From an uncultured Rivularia sp. (GTDB lineage: Bacteria > Cyanobacteriota > Cyanobacteriia > Cyanobacteriales > Nostocaceae): DNA of 64,000 bases. Where the stretch lies: contig OY762007.1 in the NCBI GenBank assembly GCA_963665115.1, forward strand, positions 928,001 through 992,000, in the 5' to 3' direction. The notes under the pieces were generated by a model. It worked only from the letters and a program-made list of their open reading frames with translations. It was not told where the DNA came from and did not search any database. How positions within the stretch are numbered: the first letter of the stretch is position 1; the number at the start of each line of letters is the position of its first letter. Of this stretch, positions 21,982 through 31,596 are shown piece by piece. Both the position numbers and the translations under genes were made by a program.

Positions 21982-22355
21982 TTCAAGCATCCCGCTACTT
22001 TGCTACATAAATTTTGAGGGGGAAATAAAGGCTCGTAGTTGTGCTTTAGCGCCTCTGAATTCCCAGATATGAAGCGAAGACGGCGCAACTACGAACGTAT
22101 CAAAATTAATTTGGCATTGGCATACTGTAATAAAATTGATTATCGTAACATCATGCTTGGTGCAGATATTCCAGAAACAGAATGGAAAACTTGAGTCTAC
22201 ATTTAAATCTAATTCTCAATAATCAAATACAATTTTTTTACTCCTTACTCCCCATTCCCTATTCCCCATTCCCTAATTATCTATAAAAAACTTAATATTA
22301 AGTCCCGCAATAAGCCAAAATTCTTATAGTGAAGAAGAAAATTGGTAAATTCAAC

Positions 22356-23330
22356 ATGGACATTAAAAACGGCTTTGTCGGTACCGTCGGAAACACCCCT
22401 TTGATTCGCTTGAACAGTTTTAGCGAGGAAACGGGATGCGAAATCTTAGCCAAAGCCGAATTTCTCAATCCCGGTGGCTCCGTCAAAGATAGAGCAGCAC
22501 TATATATTATTGAAGATGCCGAAGCAAAAGGTTTACTCAAACCAGGTGGCACTGTCGTCGAAGGAACTGCTGGTAATACAGGAATTGGCTTAGCACATAT
22601 CTGCAATGCCAAAGGTTACAAATGTTTAATTATTATTCCCGAAACTCAGTCACAGGAAAAAATGGACGCACTTGCAGCCTTGGGTGCGGAAGTTCGTCCA
22701 GTTCCTGCGGTGCCTTATAAAGACCCCAATAATTATGTAAAATTATCTGGTAGAGTTGCGTCCGAAATGGAAAACGCAATTTGGGCAAATCAATTTGATA
22801 ATTTAGCTAATCGTCAAGCCCATTACGAAACCACCGGCCCCGAAATTTGGGCGCAAACAGATGGTAAAGTTGATGGTTGGGTAGCTGCAACTGGTACGGG
22901 TGGTACTTTTGCTGGTGCATCAATGTTTCTCAAAGAGAAAAACAAAAACATAAAATGCGTTGTTGCAGATCCAATGGGCAGCGGACTTTACAGTTACATA
23001 AAAACAGGCGAAATTAATACAGAAGGTAGTTCCATCACCGAAGGCATTGGAAACAGCCGGATTACAGCCAATATGGAAAACGTACCCATTGATGATGCCA
23101 TCCAAATTGATGACAAAGAAGCATTGCGGGTAGTTTACCAACTTTTAAGAAAAGAAGGTTTATTAATGGGTGGTTCGACAGGAATCAATGTAGGAGCGGC
23201 GATCGCACTAGCCAAACAAATAGGACCAGGACATACAATTGTGACTATATTATGTGATAGCGGCGCTCGTTATCAATCGCGAATATTCAACTCAGAATGG
23301 TTAAAATCAAAAGGGCTGGAAATAAGTTAG
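22356..23330 (+). CDS. cysK: Cysteine synthase (O-acetylserine sulfhydrylase family)
   Basis: NPGGSVKDR PLP lysine, TAGNTG, GTGGT, EGIG. Confidence 0.9.
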   Translation: MDIKNGFVGTVGNTPLIRLNSFSEETGCEILAKAEFLNPGGSVKDRAALYIIEDAEAKGLLKPGGTVVEGTAGNTGIGLAHICNAKGYKCLIIIPETQSQEKMDALAALGAEVRPVPAVPYKDPNNYVKLSGRVASEMENAIWANQFDNLANRQAHYETTGPEIWAQTDGKVDGWVAATGTGGTFAGASMFLKEKNKNIKCVVADPMGSGLYSYIKTGEINTEGSSITEGIGNSRITANMENVPIDDAIQIDDKEALRVVYQLLRKEGLLMGGSTGINVGAAIALAKQIGPGHTIVTILCDSGARYQSRIFNSEWLKSKGLEIS

Positions 23331-23430
23331 GAGTTATTTAATTTTAGATTTTAGATTTTGGATTGGAATATACCGATTACCAATTACCCATTACCCATTA
23401 CCCATTACCAATTCCCAATTACCAAATAAT

Positions 23431-23715
23431 ATGAAATCCGTTCAAGTTTGCCAAAATCGTACTTGTAAAAAACAAGGTGCTGTTAAAGTATTAGCAGCTT
23501 TTAAAGAGAATCCTGTTTCTGAAGTAACGGTAATAAGTAGCAGTTGTCTGGGACAATGTGGTAATGGGCCAATGGTACTAATATTGCCAGAAAAAGTTTG
23601 GTATAGTAACGTTCGTCCCTCGGAAGTCCAAAAAGTGATAGAACAACATTTGTTGGGTGGTAAAAGAGTCGAACAAATGCTTTATCCTCAATTTCACTCC
23701 CAGGTTAATAATTAA
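23431..23715 (+). CDS. Thioredoxin-like [2Fe-2S] ferredoxin
   Basis: CQNRTC and CLGQCGNGP cysteine motifs; WY. Confidence 0.88.
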   Translation: MKSVQVCQNRTCKKQGAVKVLAAFKENPVSEVTVISSSCLGQCGNGPMVLILPEKVWYSNVRPSEVQKVIEQHLLGGKRVEQMLYPQFHSQVNN

Positions 23716-23949
23716 TTATTAGCCAAAAGGATTTTAGATTTTGCGGAAAGTTGAGTCAAAGAAGGTGCGCGGGTTCCCAACGTTGAGAGAAGTAGCGTTG
23801 AGGATGTAGATATTCTTCCCTTCAAACTTTTCCAGATGGATTTTGGATTAAATTATATAAAAATCTAAAATCATCAATTTAGTTCGCCGATTAACCCCTA
23901 AATTCATGGGGATAATCCAAAATCCAAAATTACATAGATGCATATAGAA

Positions 23950-24666
23950 ATGAATATTCAGCAACTACGCGAATCTTTGAAAATTAAATGGGTGAAATAC
24001 TACCATCAAAATCGTCCTTGGTTAGCAAAAATGCGAATTTGGGGAAATTATGATGGTTATCGTCGCCCTTCAAGCGGTTTTATCTTAGCAACTTTATCAG
24101 TTTTAGAACCGAAATTAGATGATTTTTTTCCTTTTATTCTGGAATTAAATAATAACCCAGATGAAATTATTGCTGCATTAGGTCTTAATTTTAACCCCGA
24201 CGAGCATTTACATTTAATAAAGCATTTAGATGAGCGTATAAGCAATGATAAAGTAAATCATAATATCGTTCAAGAAGAAGTTGTTTTCGATACATTTTGT
24301 GCGGAAAAAAGAGACGATACAGAAATTAAGCAACCCATATCTAATTCAACAGCAATTACTAAAATCGCATCAACATCAGAATTAGAATCAATAGAAAAAG
24401 AATTTCAAGCATTTTCAGAATTACTTCAAGAAAATCCACCTGAAAAATTTGCCGAACAAAGCATGATTGCTCAATTAGAAAGTGAAGATGAAGTATTATC
24501 TTTACTTACCATGTGTGATGAAACAAAAGAGCAAGACATAGAAGAAGAAACAGAAGAAGTTAAAAAAGCTTCCAGAAAAAAAGCATCAAGCCTTGCTTCC
24601 TGGATCGACGAATTTTGTCAAGGTACTGGTTGGGATAGGGAAGAAGCTATTTTTATTCCGTTCTAA
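23950..24666 (+). CDS. DUF5331-like cyanobacterial protein
   Basis: N-terminal LKIKWVKYY...RRPSSGFILATL...LGLNFNPD, then an acidic tail. Confidence 0.7.
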   Translation: MNIQQLRESLKIKWVKYYHQNRPWLAKMRIWGNYDGYRRPSSGFILATLSVLEPKLDDFFPFILELNNNPDEIIAALGLNFNPDEHLHLIKHLDERISNDKVNHNIVQEEVVFDTFCAEKRDDTEIKQPISNSTAITKIASTSELESIEKEFQAFSELLQENPPEKFAEQSMIAQLESEDEVLSLLTMCDETKEQDIEEETEEVKKASRKKASSLASWIDEFCQGTGWDREEAIFIPF

Positions 24667-24836
24667 AACAGTGAGCAGTGAGCAGAGAAGGTGCGGGGAG
24701 CGCATATCCGTCGAGCATCTTGCTCGTTAGTATCGAGCGAGCAAGATGCCTCTCTTTCAGACACGCTGAGCCGCACGCTCCGCGTGAACGCTAACGCACT
24801 ACGAAAATTAATTGGAATGACTATAATTCTTAACTC

Positions 24837-25823
24837 CTAACTTTCAATCTTCGGGTATTCGTGAGAAACAAACGGAATTGACACGACTTCTCCTTCGGTT
24901 TCTCCTACTTTCACTTTTAAACCGACACTACCGGCTTTTGTGCGAATGTAGCCTAATCCGAAATAATTATTACCATCTTGAGTGTAGCTTGTAAGTTTTC
25001 CTACTTTTTCATCACCTGCTGTAATTACGGTTCCCAATTCAGCAGCACCATTTAAACGAATTCCCCACAAATTTTGTTTTACACCTTTATAAGTATTTAA
25101 TCTAGCAATGGTTTCTTGTCCGATATAGCAACCTTTATCAAAAGAAACTGTTTGCCATAAACCGACTTCTAAAGGATTATAATCATCGGTTAATTCGGTT
25201 TCTGGCTGCGGTCTTCCTTGTAATATTCGTAACATTTCCCAATCGTTATCTTGGATTTCAATTGCACCAGCTTCGATAATTTTTGACCAAATTTTTTCTT
25301 TATTATTTGCATTCAAAATTAAGGTATATCCAGGTGAAGCTAAACCACTACCTACAGCAATAATATTTTCTGTATCTCCTTCTAAATTAGGAATAGGGAT
25401 ATGGGAACCGTAAGATTTACCAATAATTTCGTCAGCACCTAATTTTTCTACAATAGCGTCGCTTTGAGAACCGATAATACTAAAAGTTACGGTTTCATCA
25501 GTTAAATCGGTTAATTTAACTTTATCGGCAAAGAAAATATATTTATCTAACCACTGAATGAGATACTCGCGACGATTGGGAGAAACCAGTAAAACTACTG
25601 CATCTTCGGTGACGTAAGCACTTGCTAAATCAATAGTGCGAGCAGTAGAAGTTACAAAAACTGTATCGCATCCCTGCCCAGGTTTGAGACTTTCAAAATC
25701 ATTTGTACTTTGATTGTGTAGAAAACGCAAACGATCGTTATCTGAAACCTTAATACGTCCCCAATGGCTGCGATTGTACACTACAACTTTTGTTTCTACC
25801 GTTTGGATAGCTGATACAGACAT
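24837..25823 (-). CDS. ygfZ: YgfZ/GcvT folate-binding protein
   Basis: KGCYIGQE signature. Confidence 0.9.
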   Translation of the reverse strand: MSVSAIQTVETKVVVYNRSHWGRIKVSDNDRLRFLHNQSTNDFESLKPGQGCDTVFVTSTARTIDLASAYVTEDAVVLLVSPNRREYLIQWLDKYIFFADKVKLTDLTDETVTFSIIGSQSDAIVEKLGADEIIGKSYGSHIPIPNLEGDTENIIAVGSGLASPGYTLILNANNKEKIWSKIIEAGAIEIQDNDWEMLRILQGRPQPETELTDDYNPLEVGLWQTVSFDKGCYIGQETIARLNTYKGVKQNLWGIRLNGAAELGTVITAGDEKVGKLTSYTQDGNNYFGLGYIRTKAGSVGLKVKVGETEGEVVSIPFVSHEYPKIES

Positions 25824-26054
25824 AATAATTTTGGATTTTAGATTTATTGTAGAATAACTGATTTAAAAGCTTAAGAAATTTTATCAAATAATATTGTTTG
25901 ATTTTATTTGCATTAAAAAGTCTCCCCTTTCTTAATTTTTGGCAACATTATAGACAACTTGGATAAACATTACATAAATAAAAAAGAGCGAACCGTATTA
26001 CGATTCACCCTTTTTGAAAATTATATTTTACGCTCTTGAGAGCAGCAAACATGA

Positions 26055-27194
26055 CTAGATGTCATTTCTTGTATCCTTAATTTCTACTCTTGGAGCTTGT
26101 GTCTTGTACAAGTCAGCTTCCTTCTGATTCATCTCTAAATCTGTTTTAATTAGAACTTCCTCTTTTGCTACAGAAGGAGAGTTATTATCTTTAGCTGCAT
26201 TCTTCACGGATTTTGCCGCGTCTTGTGCTGAAGTCTTGACATTTTTACCGGCATGCTTAGCGGAATCAGCAGCATCTTTTGCAGAAGACTTTAGATCCTC
26301 ACCTGCTCTCTTAGCAGAATCAGCAGCATCTTTTGCAGAAGACTTTAGATCCTCACCTGCTCTCTTAGCAGATGATTTAGCATCATCAACCGCACCTTTT
26401 ACGGAGCTTGCAGCATCTTTCACAGCTGGCTTAACATCTTCTTTAACTTCATTTACCGCACCCTTGACGGAGCTTGCAGCATCTTTTACGGCTGGCTTAA
26501 CTTCCTCGACAGCTTCTTGAACCGAACCTGCTACACTTCTCATTGCAGGTTTAGCTTCTTCAGCCGCACCTTTCAAGGAATTTGCAGCGCTCTTGATGGC
26601 GGGCTTGGTTTCTTCAACCGTGCTTTGTACGGAGTTACTAATTTTTTGAACGGTAGGTTTTGCTTCTTCCGATACGTCTTGAACTGCTTTAACTACAGAA
26701 GGCTTAGACTCTTGAACTGTTTGCTTAACAGATTCTGCGGTATCAACTACAGCAGGCTTAGTTTGCTTAACAGTATCCTTCACTTCATCTACTACACCTT
26801 TGACAGAAGGCTTAGCTTCCTTAACTGTATCCTTAACTTCATCTACCACACCTTTAATAGAAGGCTTGACTTCCTCGGCTGTATCTTCTACCGCATTACC
26901 TACAGTGTTGATAGCATTACTTGCACTATCAGCTACAGTCTCAGCAGCACCAACAACACCTTCTACAGTTTTATCAACAGCTTCAGATGTACCTTTACCA
27001 GCCATAGCACCGGCTGCTGCACCAGCTACTGCACCGATAATTCCTTTTCTAGAACCTAGCAAACCACCAATTGCTGCACCAGCAACCGCAGCACCGATAC
27101 CGGAACCAGAATTAGATTCCTGTTGTTCTTGCTCTTCTTGAGTTAAATCTTTATTTTCTTCTTGGTTATCTAAAGGTTGTTTATTCTCATTCAT
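26055..27194 (-). CDS. LEA-like repeat protein with glycine zipper
   Basis: GIGAAVAGAAIGGLLG zipper; 11/22-aa and 18-aa A/K/D/E/V repeats. Confidence 0.75.
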   Translation of the reverse strand: MNENKQPLDNQEENKDLTQEEQEQQESNSGSGIGAAVAGAAIGGLLGSRKGIIGAVAGAAAGAMAGKGTSEAVDKTVEGVVGAAETVADSASNAINTVGNAVEDTAEEVKPSIKGVVDEVKDTVKEAKPSVKGVVDEVKDTVKQTKPAVVDTAESVKQTVQESKPSVVKAVQDVSEEAKPTVQKISNSVQSTVEETKPAIKSAANSLKGAAEEAKPAMRSVAGSVQEAVEEVKPAVKDAASSVKGAVNEVKEDVKPAVKDAASSVKGAVDDAKSSAKRAGEDLKSSAKDAADSAKRAGEDLKSSAKDAADSAKHAGKNVKTSAQDAAKSVKNAAKDNNSPSVAKEEVLIKTDLEMNQKEADLYKTQAPRVEIKDTRNDI

Positions 27195-27875
27195 AATAAT
27201 TTCCTCAGTATTTAATATTTAAACTGCCCAATCAATATCAATATAAAATTTGCAGTTCGTCGGATAATATAAATTTAACAATTGCAATTTAGTATTTACA
27301 GCCACTTTAGGGAGACATTACTAAATCATTTTTCAGTCGGAGGTTGGAGATTTAATTAAGTTTCTAACTCTAAAGAAATACTTGAGATATGTTTTTTATC
27401 TAATTAAATGCTAGCCCTGAAGAGCTTATATATAACTCACATGAGTGTAAGTCATATCTTGCACCAAAAGCGATAATCTGAAAATATGCGCGATCGCCCT
27501 TACCAAAAACCAATTTTTGACTTTTATAAAACCTGGTTTGTTTGCGTTTGTTGATAATCATAGAAAATGTCAGGTGTTGAGAAACTCAGTTTTTCCAAAA
27601 AAGCTGATTATTTATTCTTAAAAGTTATGCATTTCATTAAAAAAAACTATTTATAAGTGATACTTATTAAATACAAACTTATTACGAGAGATTCTATAAT
27701 TTTCAGCGATCGGTTGAGATAATTTTCAATAAGTATTGTTTTTAAAGCAACGATCGGATTATCTCCCCCTTCCCCGCTTTTATAAGCAGAATAATGGAGG
27801 AACTGAAAGTTTGTAAGTTTTATTTATAACAGCTACTCCCAACGCGCTTATCAGATTACCGATACAATATCTTCT

Positions 27876-28102
27876 CTCCCTACTCCCTACTCCCTACTCC
27901 CTACTCCCTACTCCCTACTCCCTACTCCCTACTCCCTACTCCCTACTCCCTACTCCCTACTCCCTACTCCCTACTCCCTACTCCCTACTCCCTACTCCCT
28001 ACTCCCTACTCCCTACTCCCTACTCCCTACTCCCTACTCCCTACTCCCTACTCCCTACTCCCCATTCCCTACTCCCTACTCCCTACTCCCCATTCCCTAC
28101 TC
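27876..28102. repeat. Long STRR array (CTCCCTA)n, about 32 units
   Basis: Near-perfect heptamer run with two CCCCATT variants. Confidence 0.95.
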
Positions 28103-28582
28103 TGGTAAACTAGCAAACATCTCCTCAACTACCCTTATAGCCTTCTTATCTAACAAATTCCATTCCACATCACCGCTTTCATCTATTAAACTAGTATCAA
28201 TATCAACTGTGTCATCACTGAGGGTGTATTCAACAAAACATACCTGATAACATAGCTCCCATAGATCCACATTTACTTGCTGCTCTTGACGCTGCAAGCA
28301 CAGATGATATCCTGGATGGGGCGTTGGTAGTTTCGCCAATGTTTCTCTTATTTGTGACCCTTGTTCGGGCATTGCGGTTTCGAGTTCTTGCACCAATTGA
28401 GTGACTATCGCTTTAGTTTCCTCACTCGTACCAGCAGCCCAAGTCAGCACATCATGATAAGTTCCCTTCCAGGAAGAATTGTCAAGTAGCTTGCGAACGT
28501 TATCAACAACGCGAATGAATGTTGGTTGCATCAGTAGTTCCGCCTGCTGCCATGCTATTGAGTTTGTTATTTTTGGTGGCAT
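28097..28582 (-). CDS. Conserved cyanobacterial hypothetical protein
   Basis: 161-aa ORF with ordinary composition ([21 protein letters not shown]). Confidence 0.75.
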   Translation of the reverse strand: MPPKITNSIAWQQAELLMQPTFIRVVDNVRKLLDNSSWKGTYHDVLTWAAGTSEETKAIVTQLVQELETAMPEQGSQIRETLAKLPTPHPGYHLCLQRQEQQVNVDLWELCYQVCFVEYTLSDDTVDIDTSLIDESGDVEWNLLDKKAIRVVEEMFASLPE

Positions 28583-28740
28583 TGTTAATAAACAAAATTG
28601 TTGAAATCAATATTGACAATGTGTATTTATAAAATACTGGGATTTAAACGAGAATCTTTTTTTTCAAGATAGCGGATATGGTCGCAGTATATATGGAAAT
28701 ATTTAGTACGTCCCGCTTTAAGGGATGTTAACACTGGGGA

Positions 28741-30549
28741 GTGAATATGATAGGCAAGTTACTAGACTATCGTTATCAAATTATCAAGGTTCTTGCAACG
28801 GGTGGTTTTGGTGAGAATTATATTGCTGAGGATACCAAAAGACCGGGTAATCCGATTTGTGTTGTAAAGCATCTCAAACCAACCAGCACTGAGTCTAAAG
28901 TTTTTGATACCGCTAAACGTTTGTTTAAAAGTGAAGCTGAAACTCTAGAACAATTGGGCAATCATGACCAAATACCTAGATTATTGGCTTATTTTGTCGA
29001 AAATCAAAATTTTTATTTAGTACAAGAATTTATAGAAGGACATCCTCTGACTGATGAATTGGTTCCTGGAGAACGTTGGAATGAAAATCAAGTCATTCAA
29101 ATGTTAGTTTCAATTCTCTCTATTTTAGAATTTGTTCACAGTCAAGGTGTAATTCACCGGGATATTAAACCAGATAATATTATTCGTCGTTATAGTGATG
29201 GCAAATTAGTTTTAGTTGACTTTGGCGCTGTCAAGCAATTACGAGCTTCTTATGGTCATGGTTCGTTTCAAGGCATCGAAAACCCTTCTGCTACCGTAGC
29301 AATTGGGACTCCCGGCTATATGCCAACCGAACAAGGACAAGGAAGACCACGGCATAATAGCGATATTTATTCCTTGGGAATTATTGCCATTCAGGCCCTG
29401 ACTGGGGTTGCGCCGATGGATTTACAGGAAGATCCCTACACCGGAGAATTAATCTGGCAAAACTTAGTACCTGTAAGCCGCGAATTAGGAGATGTGCTTA
29501 ATACAATGGTGCGCTATCACTTTAAAGAGCGCTACCAAAATGCAAGCGATGCACTATACGCGATTGATTCATTTTCGCATGATTTGGTACCTCAACCATT
29601 TCCTCAACTGCGTACTCAATCTTCTCCATCTCAACATTCCCGTGTAATGACTATTGCGGTTGCGCCTTCTCAGAAGCGTCAGCCAACACAGGCAGTTCCT
29701 CAACACGAGATTCCTCGCGCTTCTAAAGGTCCAGATTTTTTACAAATATTAATATTACTCGGTTTAGTAGGTGGTGCTGCTTTTGCAACTCCTAGCGTAG
29801 TTAGAAATGTAAACAACTTTGCAAATAATTTTTCTGCGGCTCAAGCAAACTGTACGGCTACAATTGCCGCTAATTCTAACGTTCGTTCCGAGCCAAGTAC
29901 TTATACTAATAATAATATTGTAAAAAAAGTATCAAAAGACACTCAGTTTTTGGTAACAGGTAAAAGGACAAAAAAAGGTTGGGTAGAACTCAAAATTAAT
30001 GCGGTCGATTCCGCATGGGCGCATTCCAACGTGATTAAAAATGGAGACGAATGGATAACTTGTCTGCGAGATCAAAGTATTGCAGTTAAAACCGTAGATG
30101 GCAGCGGATTGATTGCAACACCAGTGCCCCAAGCGGAGCCAATTATTAAAAACGAAGAAACAATAAAACCAGTTGAAAACGCCAAACAAGACGATAAAGC
30201 TGTAGAAGAAGCCAAAGAAAAATACGAATCTGGAGACTTAAAAGGTGCGATCGCCATTTTAGAAACCCTTGCTCCCAACAATAACAGCGTCAAAGAAGCG
30301 CGGGAATTAATGACTCAATGGCAAAAAGACTGGGATAAAGCCGAAGGTTTCTTCAACGATGTAAATACAGCAATTTCTCAAGGAAAATGGGAAAAAGTCC
30401 AGGATTATCAAAAAAATCCCGATAAGTTACCAGATACTAAATACTGGCGAAAAAAAGTTGAACCCTTATTTCAGCAAGCCGCCGAAAATACCAAAAATAG
30501 TTTACCCAAAATAAAACCAGCAGAAGCCGAAGAAGAAAGTAGGGAGTAG
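28741..30549 (+). CDS. Membrane Ser/Thr protein kinase (Pkn2 type) with an SH3b-like extracytoplasmic domain
   Basis: GGFG, VVK, HRDIKPDN, DFG, GTPGYM; TM ILILLGLVGGAAFA; SNVRSEPS...GWVEL. Confidence 0.9.
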   Translation: MNMIGKLLDYRYQIIKVLATGGFGENYIAEDTKRPGNPICVVKHLKPTSTESKVFDTAKRLFKSEAETLEQLGNHDQIPRLLAYFVENQNFYLVQEFIEGHPLTDELVPGERWNENQVIQMLVSILSILEFVHSQGVIHRDIKPDNIIRRYSDGKLVLVDFGAVKQLRASYGHGSFQGIENPSATVAIGTPGYMPTEQGQGRPRHNSDIYSLGIIAIQALTGVAPMDLQEDPYTGELIWQNLVPVSRELGDVLNTMVRYHFKERYQNASDALYAIDSFSHDLVPQPFPQLRTQSSPSQHSRVMTIAVAPSQKRQPTQAVPQHEIPRASKGPDFLQILILLGLVGGAAFATPSVVRNVNNFANNFSAAQANCTATIAANSNVRSEPSTYTNNNIVKKVSKDTQFLVTGKRTKKGWVELKINAVDSAWAHSNVIKNGDEWITCLRDQSIAVKTVDGSGLIATPVPQAEPIIKNEETIKPVENAKQDDKAVEEAKEKYESGDLKGAIAILETLAPNNNSVKEARELMTQWQKDWDKAEGFFNDVNTAISQGKWEKVQDYQKNPDKLPDTKYWRKKVEPLFQQAAENTKNSLPKIKPAEAEEESRE

Positions 30550-30650
30550 AGAGTTAGGAGTTAGGAGTTAGGAGTTGCAAGTAGCAAGTAGAGAATTAAA
30601 AGTTTAAATATCCCCTTGTCCCCTTGTCTCCCCCTCTCCCCCTCTCCCCA

Positions 30651-31256
30651 TCAATTACTAGGAATGGGTGGAAGAATCTCTTCCTGTGCGGGATTATTAT
30701 TTACAGTAGTCGGAGTATTCCGTATCAAATCGGCATCGTAAAAGTAAACGCGACTGCAATATTGAGTCGGACTAGAACAAGTTGCTTCAATCGCAACATT
30801 ACTCACATTGTTTACATCAACCGATACATTTGCCACTCTTGTAGGGCCAATAGTAATAGTTTCAGTTGGTCTTCCGTCCAAGAAAAGTTTAACCTGGACA
30901 CTGGGACTATTTACATTATTGTCGCGCATTCCAAAGCCCAAATTCAAAGTTTGAAATAGATCTTGAGCGCGATCGTCATCTGGTTGAATGTTACAAGTTA
31001 AAGCAGCCGAACGATAACCAGGGCCTAAATAAAATTTACTATTGTAAACCGCTCTACCAATAGAAACATTACGCTTCTCCCTGCGAGCGCTACCGATTCC
31101 GCTTTTAACACACTTGCCTTTCAACAAAGAAGTTGGACGTATTTTTTCTTGCTTTTGAGCAGTTGCTTCACCCAAAGGAAAAAGAGCGGGTAATATTACT
31201 GCAATTGGTAGAACAACCGAACTAATTAATTTCTTTTTTAGCATTGACATTGTCAT
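30651..31256 (-). CDS. Secreted protein, NPCBM/NEW2-like carbohydrate-binding fold
   Basis: Signal peptide ending ATA-Q; beta-rich VKLFLDG...VSVDVNNV. Confidence 0.6.
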   Translation of the reverse strand: MTMSMLKKKLISSVVLPIAVILPALFPLGEATAQKQEKIRPTSLLKGKCVKSGIGSARREKRNVSIGRAVYNSKFYLGPGYRSAALTCNIQPDDDRAQDLFQTLNLGFGMRDNNVNSPSVQVKLFLDGRPTETITIGPTRVANVSVDVNNVSNVAIEATCSSPTQYCSRVYFYDADLIRNTPTTVNNNPAQEEILPPIPSN

Positions 31257-31596
31257 TAATAAATTTCATTCACATTTATGTGAGGCTCATCAAACAATTA
31301 TTTCGGTCAAAATAATGATACCTAATCGTTCCGAATTTTTTTGTATTACAAAATTAGAGATTGGGCATTGGGGATTGGGGATTGGGCATTGGTAATTGGG
31401 GATTGGTAATTGGGCATTGGTAATTGAGGATTGAGATATAAACCTAGATAATAATTCTCCCTCGCTGTGCGATAGTATACCAAATCAAAATTAATTTTAG
31501 TTTTTATCCCCCCTCTTCCCCATCCCCAAAACAAAAAAAAGAGGCACGGAAACCCGCACCCCTATAGTTGTTAAGGAAGACTATTTTTGAATGAAA

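Noticed and set aside
26236..27141. Three plus-strand ORFs opposite the LEA-like gene
   Set aside because: Antisense shadows of a repetitive, codon-biased CDS; the same applies to most short overlapping ORFs in the track.
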